This document shows, one piece after another, positions 1 through 10,545 of a stretch of DNA of 64,000 nt. Each line of letters opens with the position of its first letter. Position 1 is the stretch's first letter. The stretch is from Polyangiaceae bacterium. Lineage in GTDB: Bacteria > Myxococcota_A > Polyangia > Polyangiales > Polyangiaceae. The notes beneath the pieces are model-generated. The model ran no database searches. It saw only the letters and a list, made by a program, of their open reading frames with translations, and was not told where the DNA came from. Both the position numbers and the translations under genes were made by a program. The stretch covers positions 119,780 to 183,779 of the forward strand of contig JBILLK010000021.1 of NCBI GenBank assembly GCA_044376115.1, in the 5' to 3' direction.

Positions 1-136
1 GGCGGTTGGACGCCGAATCGAAGTGCGCCATCGGCCGGGAAGGCCGCGCTGGGTGGCAACGCTCTGAACGATGAAGCTCCGAGGGCGGGTTGCACGTGGC
101 GCTCCCCCGTCCGGCTTTCGATCTATGTTTCCGAGC

Positions 137-1090
137 ATGGGCCACTATCTCTCGGGCGATCTGCAATACGGGCAACTACGTCGTTTCAACCGCTTTCCGT
201 TGATGGCTCAGCTGCTCGAGTGCGGCGAGATGCTAATGGTGCCGCGCTTCGAGTGGCACAACGCGGAGGACATCGACGACAGCGATCCATTTCTCGAGTC
301 CGCGGATCGCGCAGCGCTCCCCGCATGGCTTGTTCCGGCTGCGGCCAACGCTGAGTGGTTGCGCGTACCCAGCCAGATCGAGCCGGTTTGGTTCGCCAAA
401 CAAGCGGCCGCGGCCTTACGGGCCGTCGTGAAGACCAGCCGCAAAGGTCGCCGTGGTCGGCTCAAGCTCGCCTTGCCCTTCGCCTTCTTGCTGCGTCGAG
501 CGGATAGCGCGCGCGCCTTCACAAGGTTGAACCAACTGCTCACCCGAGCCAACGCGCCCATCATTCCCAGCGAGATGCCGGCGGGTTACGACGCTGAAGC
601 GTTGTGGCCGTGGCACCAGCAGCACTTCCCCGCGCAGCTGCAGGCGCTGGAGCAGCGCGACCCCGAGGGCAGTTACCTCACGTTGCTGTTTGCACTGACG
701 GCTCTTTTGAACTCCGAGCTCGAGTCGGTGTTCATCTGCGACGATGAAGGTGCGGTCGAGCTGAGCGACTTTGTCAAACGCAGGTTCTCTCGTTTGAACG
801 GCTCCAAATCGAGCGCGCGCAGCCGACTCGAAGAGCTCGTTGGGAACATCTTTACCGCACTGAAGAAGCTGGAGAACGCCGAGGCCGAACGCGACGTCGG
901 CTACGCGCTCAGCTACGTCAGCGATCTCGCCGAAGCGAGTGAACTGGCCGCGCAAGCCTACGTTGCCAGCGCGAGGCTCAAAGCCGAGTCGGATCTCGAG
1001 CAGGCCCGTTGTGATCTAGCGTGGGCCGACCATCTCGCAGGTGGGCGCTATCAAGGGCCGTATGCTGCGGAAGTCGAGCGACTTCGCTGA
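137..1090 (+). CDS. hypothetical protein
   Basis: Long ORF (71..1090) with protein-like composition from ATG 125/137; no motif recognised; start uncertain. Confidence 0.55.
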   Translation: MGHYLSGDLQYGQLRRFNRFPLMAQLLECGEMLMVPRFEWHNAEDIDDSDPFLESADRAALPAWLVPAAANAEWLRVPSQIEPVWFAKQAAAALRAVVKTSRKGRRGRLKLALPFAFLLRRADSARAFTRLNQLLTRANAPIIPSEMPAGYDAEALWPWHQQHFPAQLQALEQRDPEGSYLTLLFALTALLNSELESVFICDDEGAVELSDFVKRRFSRLNGSKSSARSRLEELVGNIFTALKKLENAEAERDVGYALSYVSDLAEASELAAQAYVASARLKAESDLEQARCDLAWADHLAGGRYQGPYAAEVERLR

Positions 1091-1140
1091 GTGACCCGCT
1101 ACCTCTTGACGGCGCGCCTACCTCTTAGGACTCTGACCGG

Positions 1141-2328
1141 ATGCGTCCCGTAACCGCTCTCGCTCTGCTCGCCGCTCTCAGCGTTCCATCGTTGGCTCTC
1201 GCCGAGGACGTTCGGGTCTTCATCCTGGCCGGCCAGTCAAACGCGGTGGGTTACGGCGAAGGGGCGGATCTCCCGGCCGCCTTGGCGAACCAAACCGACG
1301 TTCTTTACGACTTCTTCAACCCCGCTTCGCGCAGCGACCCCGACTACGCGAACACGGCATCGCTCGATTGGGAGCCGCTCACCCCCAAGGGCATCGGCCA
1401 GTGGTACGGCCCCGAGATCACCTTCGCGGATCAGATCAAGGCCGCCCTTCCGGATCGGCGCACGGCGATCGTCAAGGTGGCGGCGGGCGGTACCAACATC
1501 AAAGAACATTGGGAGCGCGGCCTGCCTTCGGATCAGAAGTATCCCGACAAGTCACAGCTCTTTCACTCGCTGATGGGCACGCTGGATTCGGCGGAATACT
1601 CCGAGGCCAACGGCAACCCGCTGCTCTACGCCGCAGAGCCAACCCGCTTGGACAACGCGCTCAATCGCCTAGAGACGCGCGGCGACAACGTCGAGTTCGG
1701 CTGCTTCCTTTGGGTGCAAGGCGAGAATGAAGCCGGCTGGAATGCAGCCTTCACCTACGAAGAAAAGCTCACCGGGTTGATCGCTGCGCTGCGTGAAGAT
1801 TTGGGTACGCCCGAGCTTCCGTTCATCCTCGGACGGACCGCCTTGCAGCAAGGGCAGGCCCAAGGTGGCCCTTCACCCGATGCAAACTTGGCGGCCGTGC
1901 GAGCTGCACAAGAGGCGGTCGCTGCGGCCGACCCGTTCGTCGAATGGGTGGATATGGATGACCTACCCGGCGCAGGAGATAGCTACCACTTCGCGACCGA
2001 GGGCTATCAGCTCCTGGGCGAGCGAATGGCCACCGCCTGCGCCGATTTGGTGCAGCCGGGCTCCGGTGGCTCGGGCTCCGGTGGCTCGGGTGCAGGCGGT
2101 GAAGGTGGCGCGGCGAGCGGCGGAGCGAATGCTGGCGGTGCAGAATCGGGCGGAGGCGGTTCTGACGCGACAGGGCCCGCAAGCTCAACCAGCAGTGGCG
2201 GTAACAGTGACAGCAGCGATGACGGTGGTTGCTCGCATTCGGGGCGGCCAGCGTCATCGCACTTCTTGCTCGCGGTGGTCGGCCTTTTGGGCGTACTTGG
2301 ACTTCGCCGACATTCGACGCGCCGATAG
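1141..2328 (+). CDS. secreted SGNH/SASA-family carbohydrate (sialate) O-acetylesterase with MYXO-CTERM-like tail
   Basis: Signal peptide; ILAGQSNAVG, GPE, WVQGENE and DSYH motifs; Gly/Ser linker then GGC-x-hydrophobic-LRRH sorting tail. Confidence 0.85.
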   Translation: MRPVTALALLAALSVPSLALAEDVRVFILAGQSNAVGYGEGADLPAALANQTDVLYDFFNPASRSDPDYANTASLDWEPLTPKGIGQWYGPEITFADQIKAALPDRRTAIVKVAAGGTNIKEHWERGLPSDQKYPDKSQLFHSLMGTLDSAEYSEANGNPLLYAAEPTRLDNALNRLETRGDNVEFGCFLWVQGENEAGWNAAFTYEEKLTGLIAALREDLGTPELPFILGRTALQQGQAQGGPSPDANLAAVRAAQEAVAAADPFVEWVDMDDLPGAGDSYHFATEGYQLLGERMATACADLVQPGSGGSGSGGSGAGGEGGAASGGANAGGAESGGGGSDATGPASSTSSGGNSDSSDDGGCSHSGRPASSHFLLAVVGLLGVLGLRRHSTRR

Positions 2329-2388
2329 GCGGCCCTCCCCAGCGAAAGCCGTAGCCGGGCTCAGCGACCGGCGGTACAAACCGCCGCT

Positions 2389-4356
2389 ATGAACACGGAT
2401 GACTCGGGCGGGCATGAGAGCGGCCACCACCACGGTCCGCTGCTACCCATGTCGCTCGCGGCGCTGGGCGTCGTCTACGGCGACATTGGTACCAGCCCGC
2501 TCTATGCGATGAAGGAGTGCGTGCACGGCCCGCATGCCGTGGCGGCTACGCCGGAGAACGTGCTCGGCCTTCTGTCGCTGATGATTTGGTCGATCACCTT
2601 GGTGGTCAGCCTGAAGTACCTGGTGTTCGTCACGCGCGCGAGCAACCAAGGGGAAGGCGGCGGCCTGGCGATGTTGGCCTTGCTCCAGAGCGTGCTCGCG
2701 AAGCCGAAGGTCGCTGGGGCCATCGGCATCATCCCGGGCATCATCGTCTTCGGGGCGTGCCTGCTTTACGGCGAGGGCATCCTCACGCCGGCCATCAGCG
2801 TGCTCTCGGCGGTCGAGGGCTTGGGTGTGGCAACGCACACCTTGGATCCGGCGATCGTGCCGATCACGGTGGTGATCCTGATCGGGCTCTTTTGGGTGCA
2901 GAAGCGCGGGACCGCAACGATCGGCAAAGTGTTCGGGCCGATCATGGTGGTCTGGTTCGTCACGCTGGCCGTGTTGGGCGGCATCTCGATCGCGAAGTAT
3001 CCGCAGGTCTTCGCCGCGGCCAACCCGGCCCACGCCGTTCGCTTCTTCGCCGCCAATGGCTGGCACGGCTTCGTGATCCTCGGTTCGGTGGTGTTGTGCA
3101 TAACCGGCGGTGAAGCGCTCTACGCCGATATGGGGCACTTCGGCCGCAAGCCGATCCAAGTGGCTTGGTTCGCGTTGGCGATGCCGGCGCTGCTCATCAA
3201 CTACCTCGGGCAAGGCGCGCTGATCATCACCCACCAAGACGACGTAGCGGCGGTCACCAAGAACCCGTTCTATTCGCTGGTGCCCGATGGGCCGTTCATC
3301 TACCCGATGGTGGCGCTCTCCACCGCAGCCACGGTGATCGCTTCGCAGGCGCTCATTTCCGGCGCTTACTCGCTCACGCGGCAAGCGGTGCAGCTCGGAT
3401 TTTTACCGCGTATTCCCATCCGCCATACCTCGAGCCAAGCCGAAGGTCAGATCTACATCTCCTTCATCAACTTTGCTTTGGCAGTGGGCTGCTTGGCGTT
3501 GGTGTTGGCCTTCCGTGACTCCTCCAAGCTCGCTGGGGCGTACGGCATCTCGGTAATGGGAACGATGGCGATCACGTCCACCGCCTTCTTCATCGTGTGC
3601 ATCAAACGTTGGAAATGGCCGTTGGTGAAGGCGCTACCGCTCTATCTGTTGTTCCTCTCGGTGGACCTGGCCTTCTTGAGCTCCAACATGCTCAAGCTCT
3701 TCGATGGCGGCTTCGTGCCGCTGATGATCGCCCTCGCCATCTTCTCGATCATGGTGGTGTGGAAGCGCGGTCGCAGTTTGTTGGCCGCCTACTTCGTTCG
3801 CGCGTCCAAGCCGCTCGATGAGTTCCTGAACGGTCTACGCGAGGGCATCTTCCGCGCGGTGGTGCCCGGCAGCAGCAACGAGCGGGTGATCAAGCTGGCG
3901 CGGGTCGAGGGCGTCGCTGTGTTTCTCACCAGCAACCCGGCGGGTACTCCGCCCTTGTTGATGCACCACTCGAGACACAACAAGGCGCTGCATGAAAAGG
4001 TGCTGCTGGTAACGGTGGTCAATCAATCGGTGCCGCGCGTGAGCGGCAAGCGGGTCGAGACCGAGAAGCTCGAGGCTGGCTTTTACCGCATCCGCATCAA
4101 CGTCGGCTTCATGGAGACACCGGACGTTCCGCAGGCCTTGCGCGCGGCCAAGCCGGAGCTCGACTTCGAATGCAACGTCGACGACGTCACCTACTACCTC
4201 GGTCGAGAGACCTTGCTCGCCACCGAACACGGGCAGATGGGCAAACGCTCCGAACAGCTGTTCGCCTTCCTCACCCGCAACTCGCAACAAGCCTCCAGCT
4301 TCTTCGGTATCCCGGCCTCGCGCGTGGTCGAGATCGGGATGTCGGTGGACTTGTAA
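2389..4356 (+). CDS. kup: KUP/HAK/KT potassium uptake transporter
   Basis: GVVYGDIGTSPLYA, GEGG, LTPAISVLSAVEG and GGEALYADMGHFG signature motifs; about 12 TM segments. Confidence 0.97.
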   Translation: MNTDDSGGHESGHHHGPLLPMSLAALGVVYGDIGTSPLYAMKECVHGPHAVAATPENVLGLLSLMIWSITLVVSLKYLVFVTRASNQGEGGGLAMLALLQSVLAKPKVAGAIGIIPGIIVFGACLLYGEGILTPAISVLSAVEGLGVATHTLDPAIVPITVVILIGLFWVQKRGTATIGKVFGPIMVVWFVTLAVLGGISIAKYPQVFAAANPAHAVRFFAANGWHGFVILGSVVLCITGGEALYADMGHFGRKPIQVAWFALAMPALLINYLGQGALIITHQDDVAAVTKNPFYSLVPDGPFIYPMVALSTAATVIASQALISGAYSLTRQAVQLGFLPRIPIRHTSSQAEGQIYISFINFALAVGCLALVLAFRDSSKLAGAYGISVMGTMAITSTAFFIVCIKRWKWPLVKALPLYLLFLSVDLAFLSSNMLKLFDGGFVPLMIALAIFSIMVVWKRGRSLLAAYFVRASKPLDEFLNGLREGIFRAVVPGSSNERVIKLARVEGVAVFLTSNPAGTPPLLMHHSRHNKALHEKVLLVTVVNQSVPRVSGKRVETEKLEAGFYRIRINVGFMETPDVPQALRAAKPELDFECNVDDVTYYLGRETLLATEHGQMGKRSEQLFAFLTRNSQQASSFFGIPASRVVEIGMSVDL

Positions 4357-4381
4357 GCGGCCGCAGGCTCGCGCGGTCTGT

Positions 4382-5275
4382 CTACTTGCTGTCGAAGCCG
4401 AGGAAGAACGTCGGCAGCACCCCAGCGGCCAGGCCATCGGCGACCAGCGTTCTATCGGTGTCGGTGCGCACCACTCGGAAGCTTTGACCAACCAACACGC
4501 TCGCGTCGACGCCGAAGGTGAACTGCCTCCGCCTGCGGGGCGACTCGGAGCCGAAGCCGACGCCGAGCCTGAGCCGCGCCCCAGGCAGCAAGCCCGCAAA
4601 CACGCTGGCGTCGGAGGTCTCTTTGTAGCCCTCGATATAGGTCGACTCCTGGACGATCGCCCCGAACGCTAACTGCGGACCGACGGCGACGAACAGCGTG
4701 TCGAAGAACGTGGCCTCGCCCATCAGGTTCACGTAGCCAAGTCCGCCAAACGAGCTCTCGAAGGAAGCGTCTTGCGAGTCCAGGTACACCTGGCTGAAGC
4801 CGAACATCACGCCGGCGCTGAAGTAGCCCGCGAGCAGATCGTTGGCTTGAAAGCCGGACCGCCCTTCGAGTCCGAACATGTACACCGGCCCCGGCGCGAA
4901 GATGCTCGCCGTGGCTGAGACGCCCGAACGAAAACGCGGCGCGAACTCCCAGTCTTGGTCGAGGGCGGACGGCGGACTCGAGCGAGGGAGGTCGGGCCCC
5001 CACTCTTCGTCCTCATCGTCTTCGTCCTCGTCTTCCGCTTCGTTGGCGGCTTTCGCCTTCGGCCTCGGTTTGGCTTTCTCGGCGGGTGCGCCGTTCTCCC
5101 CAGACGGCGTAGTCGCAGCGTCAGGCGGGGTGGCCGGAGCCACGGGCGCGGTGGCCGGAGCTGCGGGCGGAGTGGCCGGAGCCGCCGGCGGAGTGGGAGC
5201 CGGGGCCTCCTGGGCGTGAACCAACGCAGGCGCAGCCAAGAGAGCGATGACGCAGAACCAGCGATGAGCCTTCAC
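4382..5275 (-). CDS. exported protein, possible small outer-membrane beta-barrel
   Basis: Signal peptide ending AHA-Q, Pro/Ala and acidic linker, amphipathic Gly/aromatic strands ending FFLGFDSK. Confidence 0.6.
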   Translation of the reverse strand: MKAHRWFCVIALLAAPALVHAQEAPAPTPPAAPATPPAAPATAPVAPATPPDAATTPSGENGAPAEKAKPRPKAKAANEAEDEDEDDEDEEWGPDLPRSSPPSALDQDWEFAPRFRSGVSATASIFAPGPVYMFGLEGRSGFQANDLLAGYFSAGVMFGFSQVYLDSQDASFESSFGGLGYVNLMGEATFFDTLFVAVGPQLAFGAIVQESTYIEGYKETSDASVFAGLLPGARLRLGVGFGSESPRRRRQFTFGVDASVLVGQSFRVVRTDTDRTLVADGLAAGVLPTFFLGFDSK

Positions 5276-5439
5276 CTTCGGTCACTCCTTGCGTCCCCTC
5301 CGAACGTGGCTTCGCTCGGGCTGCGCATGCCTTCGTGATACCCAGGCTAAGGCGTTGAGGTTCCCGTCGGAAGCGTGCTCACGATTCAGCGCCGCGTAGC
5401 ACCGCCCTGCGCTTGCTGCGCTGGGCTACCATCGGGAAC

Positions 5440-5994
5440 ATGAAGGCCAGCGCTTTCTACGGGCCTTTGCGGCTCATCGGGTACACGGCCATGCTCTCTG
5501 GCTGCAGCTACGGCGTGAGGGGTGGGCCAACCACGGTGCTCAACACCGCAGGAGTTGCATCGGTCGGCGGGGGTGTGACGGCGGGTTTCGGTCTCGCCGA
5601 CGACCACGGGGAGCTGCAAGGCCTTCATGTCACTGCCAGCCTGTACAACCTCGGCTACGATCTCGTGGGGAAGGGGCTTGCGGGGCTCGGAGGCGCGGGC
5701 TTCGAATACTTTTACCAACCACTTGGTAGTCACCCGTTTGGCTTTCGCGCGGGACTCGAGACCGGACTTGGAGCGACGCCGCAATTCCCGTTTGGCCTCA
5801 TCGGAGCCTCGGCCGGCGCACGCTACGCCTTCGTCGACGGAAACGAGTTTCCATTCGTCGATCTTGGCGGCTCGATCGGCCCCGGGATCGGCATGGATGG
5901 TGAGGCGGGAAGGTCCTCCCCGTGGGGACTTGCCGGCACGCTCAACCTTTCGATCGGTTGGCTCCACGTCGACCACATCGACATGAAGCTCTGA
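5440..5994 (+). CDS. putative lipoprotein or beta-strand-rich membrane protein
   Basis: LSGC lipobox-like motif; Gly-rich amphipathic strands. Confidence 0.5.
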   Translation: MKASAFYGPLRLIGYTAMLSGCSYGVRGGPTTVLNTAGVASVGGGVTAGFGLADDHGELQGLHVTASLYNLGYDLVGKGLAGLGGAGFEYFYQPLGSHPFGFRAGLETGLGATPQFPFGLIGASAGARYAFVDGNEFPFVDLGGSIGPGIGMDGEAGRSSPWGLAGTLNLSIGWLHVDHIDMKL

Positions 5995-6025
5995 CGTGCG
6001 GACTGCCAATCGACGCGATCGTCGC

Positions 6026-7582
6026 TCAGGCGAGCGGCCCGACAGCGGCCTCGACGGCACGGCGCACCTCGCCAGCGACCACGTGGCGCGCGAGCGCTTC
6101 GAAGTCGAGGTAAAGCGGCCGATCCTCCTCCAAGCTCTTCACCACCTCGCGCACCGAAGCGAACGCCGCTTCGATCGCCTTGGCGGCCTGCAGCGGCCTG
6201 CGCAACTCCACGCCAGCGCAGGCGACCATCAGCTCGATCGAGAGCACGTTCTCGGTGTTGCGCACCACCTCGGCGAGCTTCTTGGCGCTGATGCTCCCCA
6301 TGCTGACGTGATCTTCACGACCGGCGCTCGAAGGGATCGAGTCGACGCTGGCGGGGTGACACAGCACCTTGTTTTCGCTGACCAGCGAGGCCGAGGTGAC
6401 CTGCGCGATCATGAAGCCCGAATGCAGCCCGCTGTTTTTTGCGAGGAAGGGCGGCAAGCCGCTGGAGAGGGCCGGGTTGACCAGCTGCTCGACCCGACGC
6501 TCGGAGATATTGCACAGCTCAGCGCAAGCGATGGCCGCCAGATCCAACGCCAGCGCAACCGGCTGCCCGTGAAAGTTACCGCCGGAAACCAGCTCCAACG
6601 CACCGTCTTGATCGAATAGGACGGTGGGGTTGTCGGTCACGCTGTTGACCTCCACGCGCAGCACCTCGGCCGCATACGCGAGTGCATCACGCGTGGCGCC
6701 GTGCACCTGCGGCATGCAACGCAAGGAGTACGGGTCTTGGACTTTGCCGCAGTCTTTGTGGCTCGCCATCAGCGGGCTGTCGGCTAGGAGCTGGCGCAGA
6801 TTGGAGGCGACAGCCGCTTGCCCCGGATGCGGCCGCAATTGCATCAGCCGTGCGTCGAACGGCGTCTTGGTGCCTTTGAGCGCCTCCAGGCTGGTCGCTC
6901 CGCAAATGTCCGCCATGGTCGCGAGCTCCTGCGCGCGCACCACCGCTAACGCGCCGAGCGCGGTCATGTATTGCGTGCCGTTGATCAGCGCGAGGCCCTC
7001 CTTGGCAGCGAACACCACCGGCTCGAGCCCTGCGCGCTGCAACGCGCCCAAGCTCGGCTCGGTCTTCCCGTCTGCGGTCAGCACCTCGCCTTCGCCCATC
7101 AGCGCCAGCGCCAAATGCGCGAGCGGCGCAAGATCCCCCGAAGCACCGACGCTGCCTTGCGAAGGCACGCGCGGAACGACGTCGGCGTTGAGCATCGCCA
7201 CCAGCAGATCCACCACCAGCGGCCGTACGCCGGAACAACCGAGCGCCACCACCTGCGCGCGCAGCACCATCATCGCGCGGACCTCGGCGCGTCCGAGGTT
7301 GGGCCCGACGCCGCAAGCGTGACTGCGCACCAAGTTCTTTTGCAACGCGGTGATGTCCGCTTGCGAGATGCGCGTCTCGGCCAGCGCGCCGAAGCCGGTG
7401 TTCACACCGTAAACGAAGGGCCCGGCGTCGCCGGCTCGAACGATCTCCTCGATCGCCTCGCGCGAGGTTTGAACGCGCGCCCGCGCTTCATCACACAACT
7501 GCACGGGGCGTAGACCTCGCGCAACGTCAACGAGGTCTCGAAGGGAAAGCGGCTTGCCGATCGTAACGGGCTGAGCGTTCAT
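6026..7582 (-). CDS. hutH: histidine ammonia-lyase
   Basis: YGVNTGFG, MIO-forming GSVGASGDLAPL, KEGLALING, QDPYSLRC, SGGNFHG; specificity segment LVRSHA (SH = His-type). Confidence 0.95.
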   Translation of the reverse strand: MNAQPVTIGKPLSLRDLVDVARGLRPVQLCDEARARVQTSREAIEEIVRAGDAGPFVYGVNTGFGALAETRISQADITALQKNLVRSHACGVGPNLGRAEVRAMMVLRAQVVALGCSGVRPLVVDLLVAMLNADVVPRVPSQGSVGASGDLAPLAHLALALMGEGEVLTADGKTEPSLGALQRAGLEPVVFAAKEGLALINGTQYMTALGALAVVRAQELATMADICGATSLEALKGTKTPFDARLMQLRPHPGQAAVASNLRQLLADSPLMASHKDCGKVQDPYSLRCMPQVHGATRDALAYAAEVLRVEVNSVTDNPTVLFDQDGALELVSGGNFHGQPVALALDLAAIACAELCNISERRVEQLVNPALSSGLPPFLAKNSGLHSGFMIAQVTSASLVSENKVLCHPASVDSIPSSAGREDHVSMGSISAKKLAEVVRNTENVLSIELMVACAGVELRRPLQAAKAIEAAFASVREVVKSLEEDRPLYLDFEALARHVVAGEVRRAVEAAVGPLA

Positions 7583-7717
7583 CGGGCCCAGCAAAGGTTA
7601 ACTAGCGCGAGCGGTCAACACGTCGAAGTGACCGGCTTGCTGCCAAGTTTGCTGGTCCATCTTTTTCGTTCGATCACGGCTTACAGCGGGGCGGGATCCG
7701 GCTAGCAATGGATCCCC

Positions 7718-8059
7718 TTGTTGAGCCGACGCGAGGATCCATTTCCGTTCGAGGCCGTGCGCGACCTCTTGGGGATCGTTCGTGCGATCTACGCAGCGGC
7801 TCGGGTTCGGCAGGCCGGCCGGGTTGAACTCCAACGCATCGCGGCCGTTGGGCGCGACCTGTCCGAGGCGCTCGAGCTAGCGGTCAGTTCCAGGCCCGAT
7901 ACAGTGGGGTATCGCGCAGCGTGGACGCGAGCCGAGATGGGCACGCGCAAAGCGGCCGAGCTCGTGGACGCGCTCACGCCCGCCGAGCCGCTCCTCAACG
8001 CAGCGCTCGGTCGCGTCACCGGCACCCGCGCGAGGAAGCGCAAGTCCGAGTCACGCTGA
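7718..8059 (+). CDS. small helical hypothetical protein
   Basis: 113-aa ORF with amphipathic-helix pattern, divergent from hutH; TTG start. Confidence 0.55.
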   Translation: MLSRREDPFPFEAVRDLLGIVRAIYAAARVRQAGRVELQRIAAVGRDLSEALELAVSSRPDTVGYRAAWTRAEMGTRKAAELVDALTPAEPLLNAALGRVTGTRARKRKSESR

Positions 8060-8105
8060 ACCTCGCGCGGTAGACGCGCGACGCGAGCTAAGGCACCTTC
8101 GCTCG

Positions 8106-8657
8106 ATGAACGTAAAGTCATCGATCGCGGTTGTCCTCATCGTCGCAGGCTGCGGGGACGACGCGAGCTCGACCACCGGAGCGGGCGGCGGAACGGGTGG
8201 CGCCACGACCTCGACTTCCTCGGGACCGACGAGCACGTCCTCAGGCGCGGAGGGCGGGTCGACGTCGTCGACCTCATCGTCGTCGTCCGACAGCACCACG
8301 ACCGTCTCGAGCTCGAGTCAGGGCGGAGCGGGTGGAGGCACCGGCGGAGCCGGCATGGGCGGCGGTACCACGGGCATCGAGGAGGCGCTCGCGGCCTGCG
8401 AGCAATGGCGCGCGGGCTATAGCGAGGTTTCCCTCCTTCTCGGCTGCAACGACCCCGACGTCGATGACCCGACGTACTGCGACGAGTTCGCCGCCAACGA
8501 CTGCCTCCTGGAGTCGGGAGCACTTTGGGCCTGCGAAGCGCCATCCTTCATCGAGAGCAACTGCGCGTGTGTGGACCCGAAGAACGGGCCTTTCCTCGAT
8601 TGTGTGAACGACTGCGCGGTGGAGCTGCAAAACCTCATCAACTGCTTCGGCTCCTGA
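8106..8657 (+). CDS. Cys-rich lipoprotein
   Basis: VAGC lipobox, S/T/G linker, C-terminal domain with about 10 Cys. Confidence 0.7.
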   Translation: MNVKSSIAVVLIVAGCGDDASSTTGAGGGTGGATTSTSSGPTSTSSGAEGGSTSSTSSSSSDSTTTVSSSSQGGAGGGTGGAGMGGGTTGIEEALAACEQWRAGYSEVSLLLGCNDPDVDDPTYCDEFAANDCLLESGALWACEAPSFIESNCACVDPKNGPFLDCVNDCAVELQNLINCFGS

Positions 8658-8678
8658 TTGGAAGCCCGCGCCCCTCGC

Positions 8679-9566
8679 TCAGCTTCCAGCCATCTTCAGC
8701 GCGTAGGCTGAGATCGCGCGATTGCCGAGCGCCTCACCGCCGCTGGCGATGAGTTGCCATTGCTCGGTGGAGAGCGTGAGGGAGCGCAACTCCGAGCGCA
8801 GCACCGAAGCGACGAAGCGCGGCTCTCCGCAGAAGAGGGCGCTGAGCAGTTGCTCGCGCTCGCCGGGGCCACCGCGGGCGAGCGCGTCCTGCGCCTTGGC
8901 TTCATTCTTGGCGTTGACGGCCTCGACCATCAGCTCAACGGCAGCCGTCGCCGCGCGCCGCGCAGCCTCGGCCTTTTGCTCGCGAGCATGCGCCTCGTCT
9001 CGCGCCTCAGCGGCGCGGTCGCGCTGTGCGAGGTACGCCTCGCCAAAACCTTTCTCCACCCGGTAGTCGCCGTTGCATACAGCCTCGGCGTAGGACGTGA
9101 GCCACGACTCGACCGACGGCGCCAGCAGGTGAAGGCACGGGGAGTCGTCGTGGGCAACGCGGAACACGCGGCCCGAATCGGCGTTCACGGCCACTCCGTC
9201 GGAGTCGCGCGCACAAATCATCAGCCAGGCCTGCGAGCCGATCTCCGCGGCGTTGAGGCCCGAGTCAGCGAGCGCGCGAGGGGAGCTCGTGCTGTACTGC
9301 ACGTACTCGGCGAACTGTTCACTATCTGCTTGGGCGCTCGAGAGCAGATCGTACGTCTGGTAAAAGCCGTCTTGCTCGGCGAGCTGGCCGTCATGCACCG
9401 ACCAAAGCGCGCGCAGCGCCACGGGCAACCGGAAGCCGAGCCGCGCCTCCGCCGCCTCGAGGTCCTCCTCCGACGCTCCCGACGCGAGGTTGCTGGCGAT
9501 CGCCTTGGCGCCGTGCTTCATCATCCAGCCTTCGATGCGCGAGAATGCCGTCTCGATCGTACTCAT
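8679..9566 (-). CDS. SMI1/KNR4 (SUKH) family protein
   Basis: GASEEDLEAAEARLGFRLPVALRALWSVHDG motif; GRVFRVAHD; LAPSVESWL. Confidence 0.85.
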   Translation of the reverse strand: MSTIETAFSRIEGWMMKHGAKAIASNLASGASEEDLEAAEARLGFRLPVALRALWSVHDGQLAEQDGFYQTYDLLSSAQADSEQFAEYVQYSTSSPRALADSGLNAAEIGSQAWLMICARDSDGVAVNADSGRVFRVAHDDSPCLHLLAPSVESWLTSYAEAVCNGDYRVEKGFGEAYLAQRDRAAEARDEAHAREQKAEAARRAATAAVELMVEAVNAKNEAKAQDALARGGPGEREQLLSALFCGEPRFVASVLRSELRSLTLSTEQWQLIASGGEALGNRAISAYALKMAGS

Positions 9567-9649
9567 CGCGCAACGTTAGCGGAGTTCGTCCTGGCGTGCG
9601 TCGCGGTTGGGCGCCGTGGACCGCGCTTCGGGCTACGCTGCAGGCAACG

Positions 9650-10495
9650 ATGACCTCTGCTCCGCTCGCCCCGACCACAAATCAACCTCGGATGCTGGTC
9701 GCCCCCGAGCTGCGCAACGTGGACTACAACCCAGCGACCGATGCTCCGTTCGGTCCCAAACTACCAACGCTGAAGTCGGTGCTCGATTGGCTGATCCCGC
9801 CGAAGCTGATGCCGGTACTCACCGCCTGGGGGCTGCTCGCGGATCGCGTCTACCCGTGGACCGCCATCACTTGGATCAACAGTCGCACCACGGGCACCAA
9901 CACCGGTCCCGGCTTCAACCCTTTGCTCAACTCCTACGACGACAACACCCGCCCCGACCGCGAGAGCCACGTCGAGTTTCAAACCCCCGGCGGCTACTAC
10001 AACCTCTCGGGTCCCTACATGCCTATGCTCGAAGGCCTGCCGCAGCTGCTACCGCGTTATCAGTGGCTCGCCACGAGGCCGCTCGCGCTCGATCTGGCCG
10101 GGCAAACCATTCTGCCCCCGGGCCCCGGCAGCTTCGCACGGATGCTAGAGGCTGCACGCACGGCCGCTCCTCCACTACTCGAGAACGTCGCTGGCTACCG
10201 TGAGAACCGCACGCGGCTCTCAGCGCATGGCAAGACCGTGCTGACGAACGCGCTGCTGTATGAACCAACACAGGCCGATCCCGGCATGCTCGCGGCGGTG
10301 ATCGCCGCGCTCTACGGCGCCACCGAGCTCGCCGACGAGATCGGGCAATGCATCCTCAGCCCAGACCCGCTGTTTGCAGCCACCGCCAAAGTCGCGGCGA
10401 GCAAGCTCGGCATGGGGGCGATCGTGACCGGCCAACCAGAAGAAGTGACACCCTTCCTCCACCCCGCCGACGCACAGGCCTTACGAGCCTGGTAG
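9650..10495 (+). CDS. hypothetical protein directly upstream of the retron effectors
   Basis: In-frame ATG at 9650 avoids overlap with the SMI1 gene; ends 50 bp before the next gene. Confidence 0.6.
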   Translation: MTSAPLAPTTNQPRMLVAPELRNVDYNPATDAPFGPKLPTLKSVLDWLIPPKLMPVLTAWGLLADRVYPWTAITWINSRTTGTNTGPGFNPLLNSYDDNTRPDRESHVEFQTPGGYYNLSGPYMPMLEGLPQLLPRYQWLATRPLALDLAGQTILPPGPGSFARMLEAARTAAPPLLENVAGYRENRTRLSAHGKTVLTNALLYEPTQADPGMLAAVIAALYGATELADEIGQCILSPDPLFAATAKVAASKLGMGAIVTGQPEEVTPFLHPADAQALRAW

Positions 10496-10545
10496 CAGGA
10501 GCGCGTCAAACCACGTAGGCTGCGCGCACCTTCGGGAGGAACGAC

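Noticed and set aside
2059..2088. 15-bp tandem repeat GGCTCCGGTGGCTCG x2, and similar short duplications near 5130-5190 and 41366-41420
   Set aside because: They encode low-complexity Gly/Ser or Pro/Ala linkers; not CRISPR or regulatory repeats.
6026..7582. MIO enzyme as a Tyr/Phe aminomutase or lyase feeding the NRPS
   Set aside because: The SH specificity residues indicate histidine ammonia-lyase, it lies 19 kb away, and both A domains look Gly-specific.
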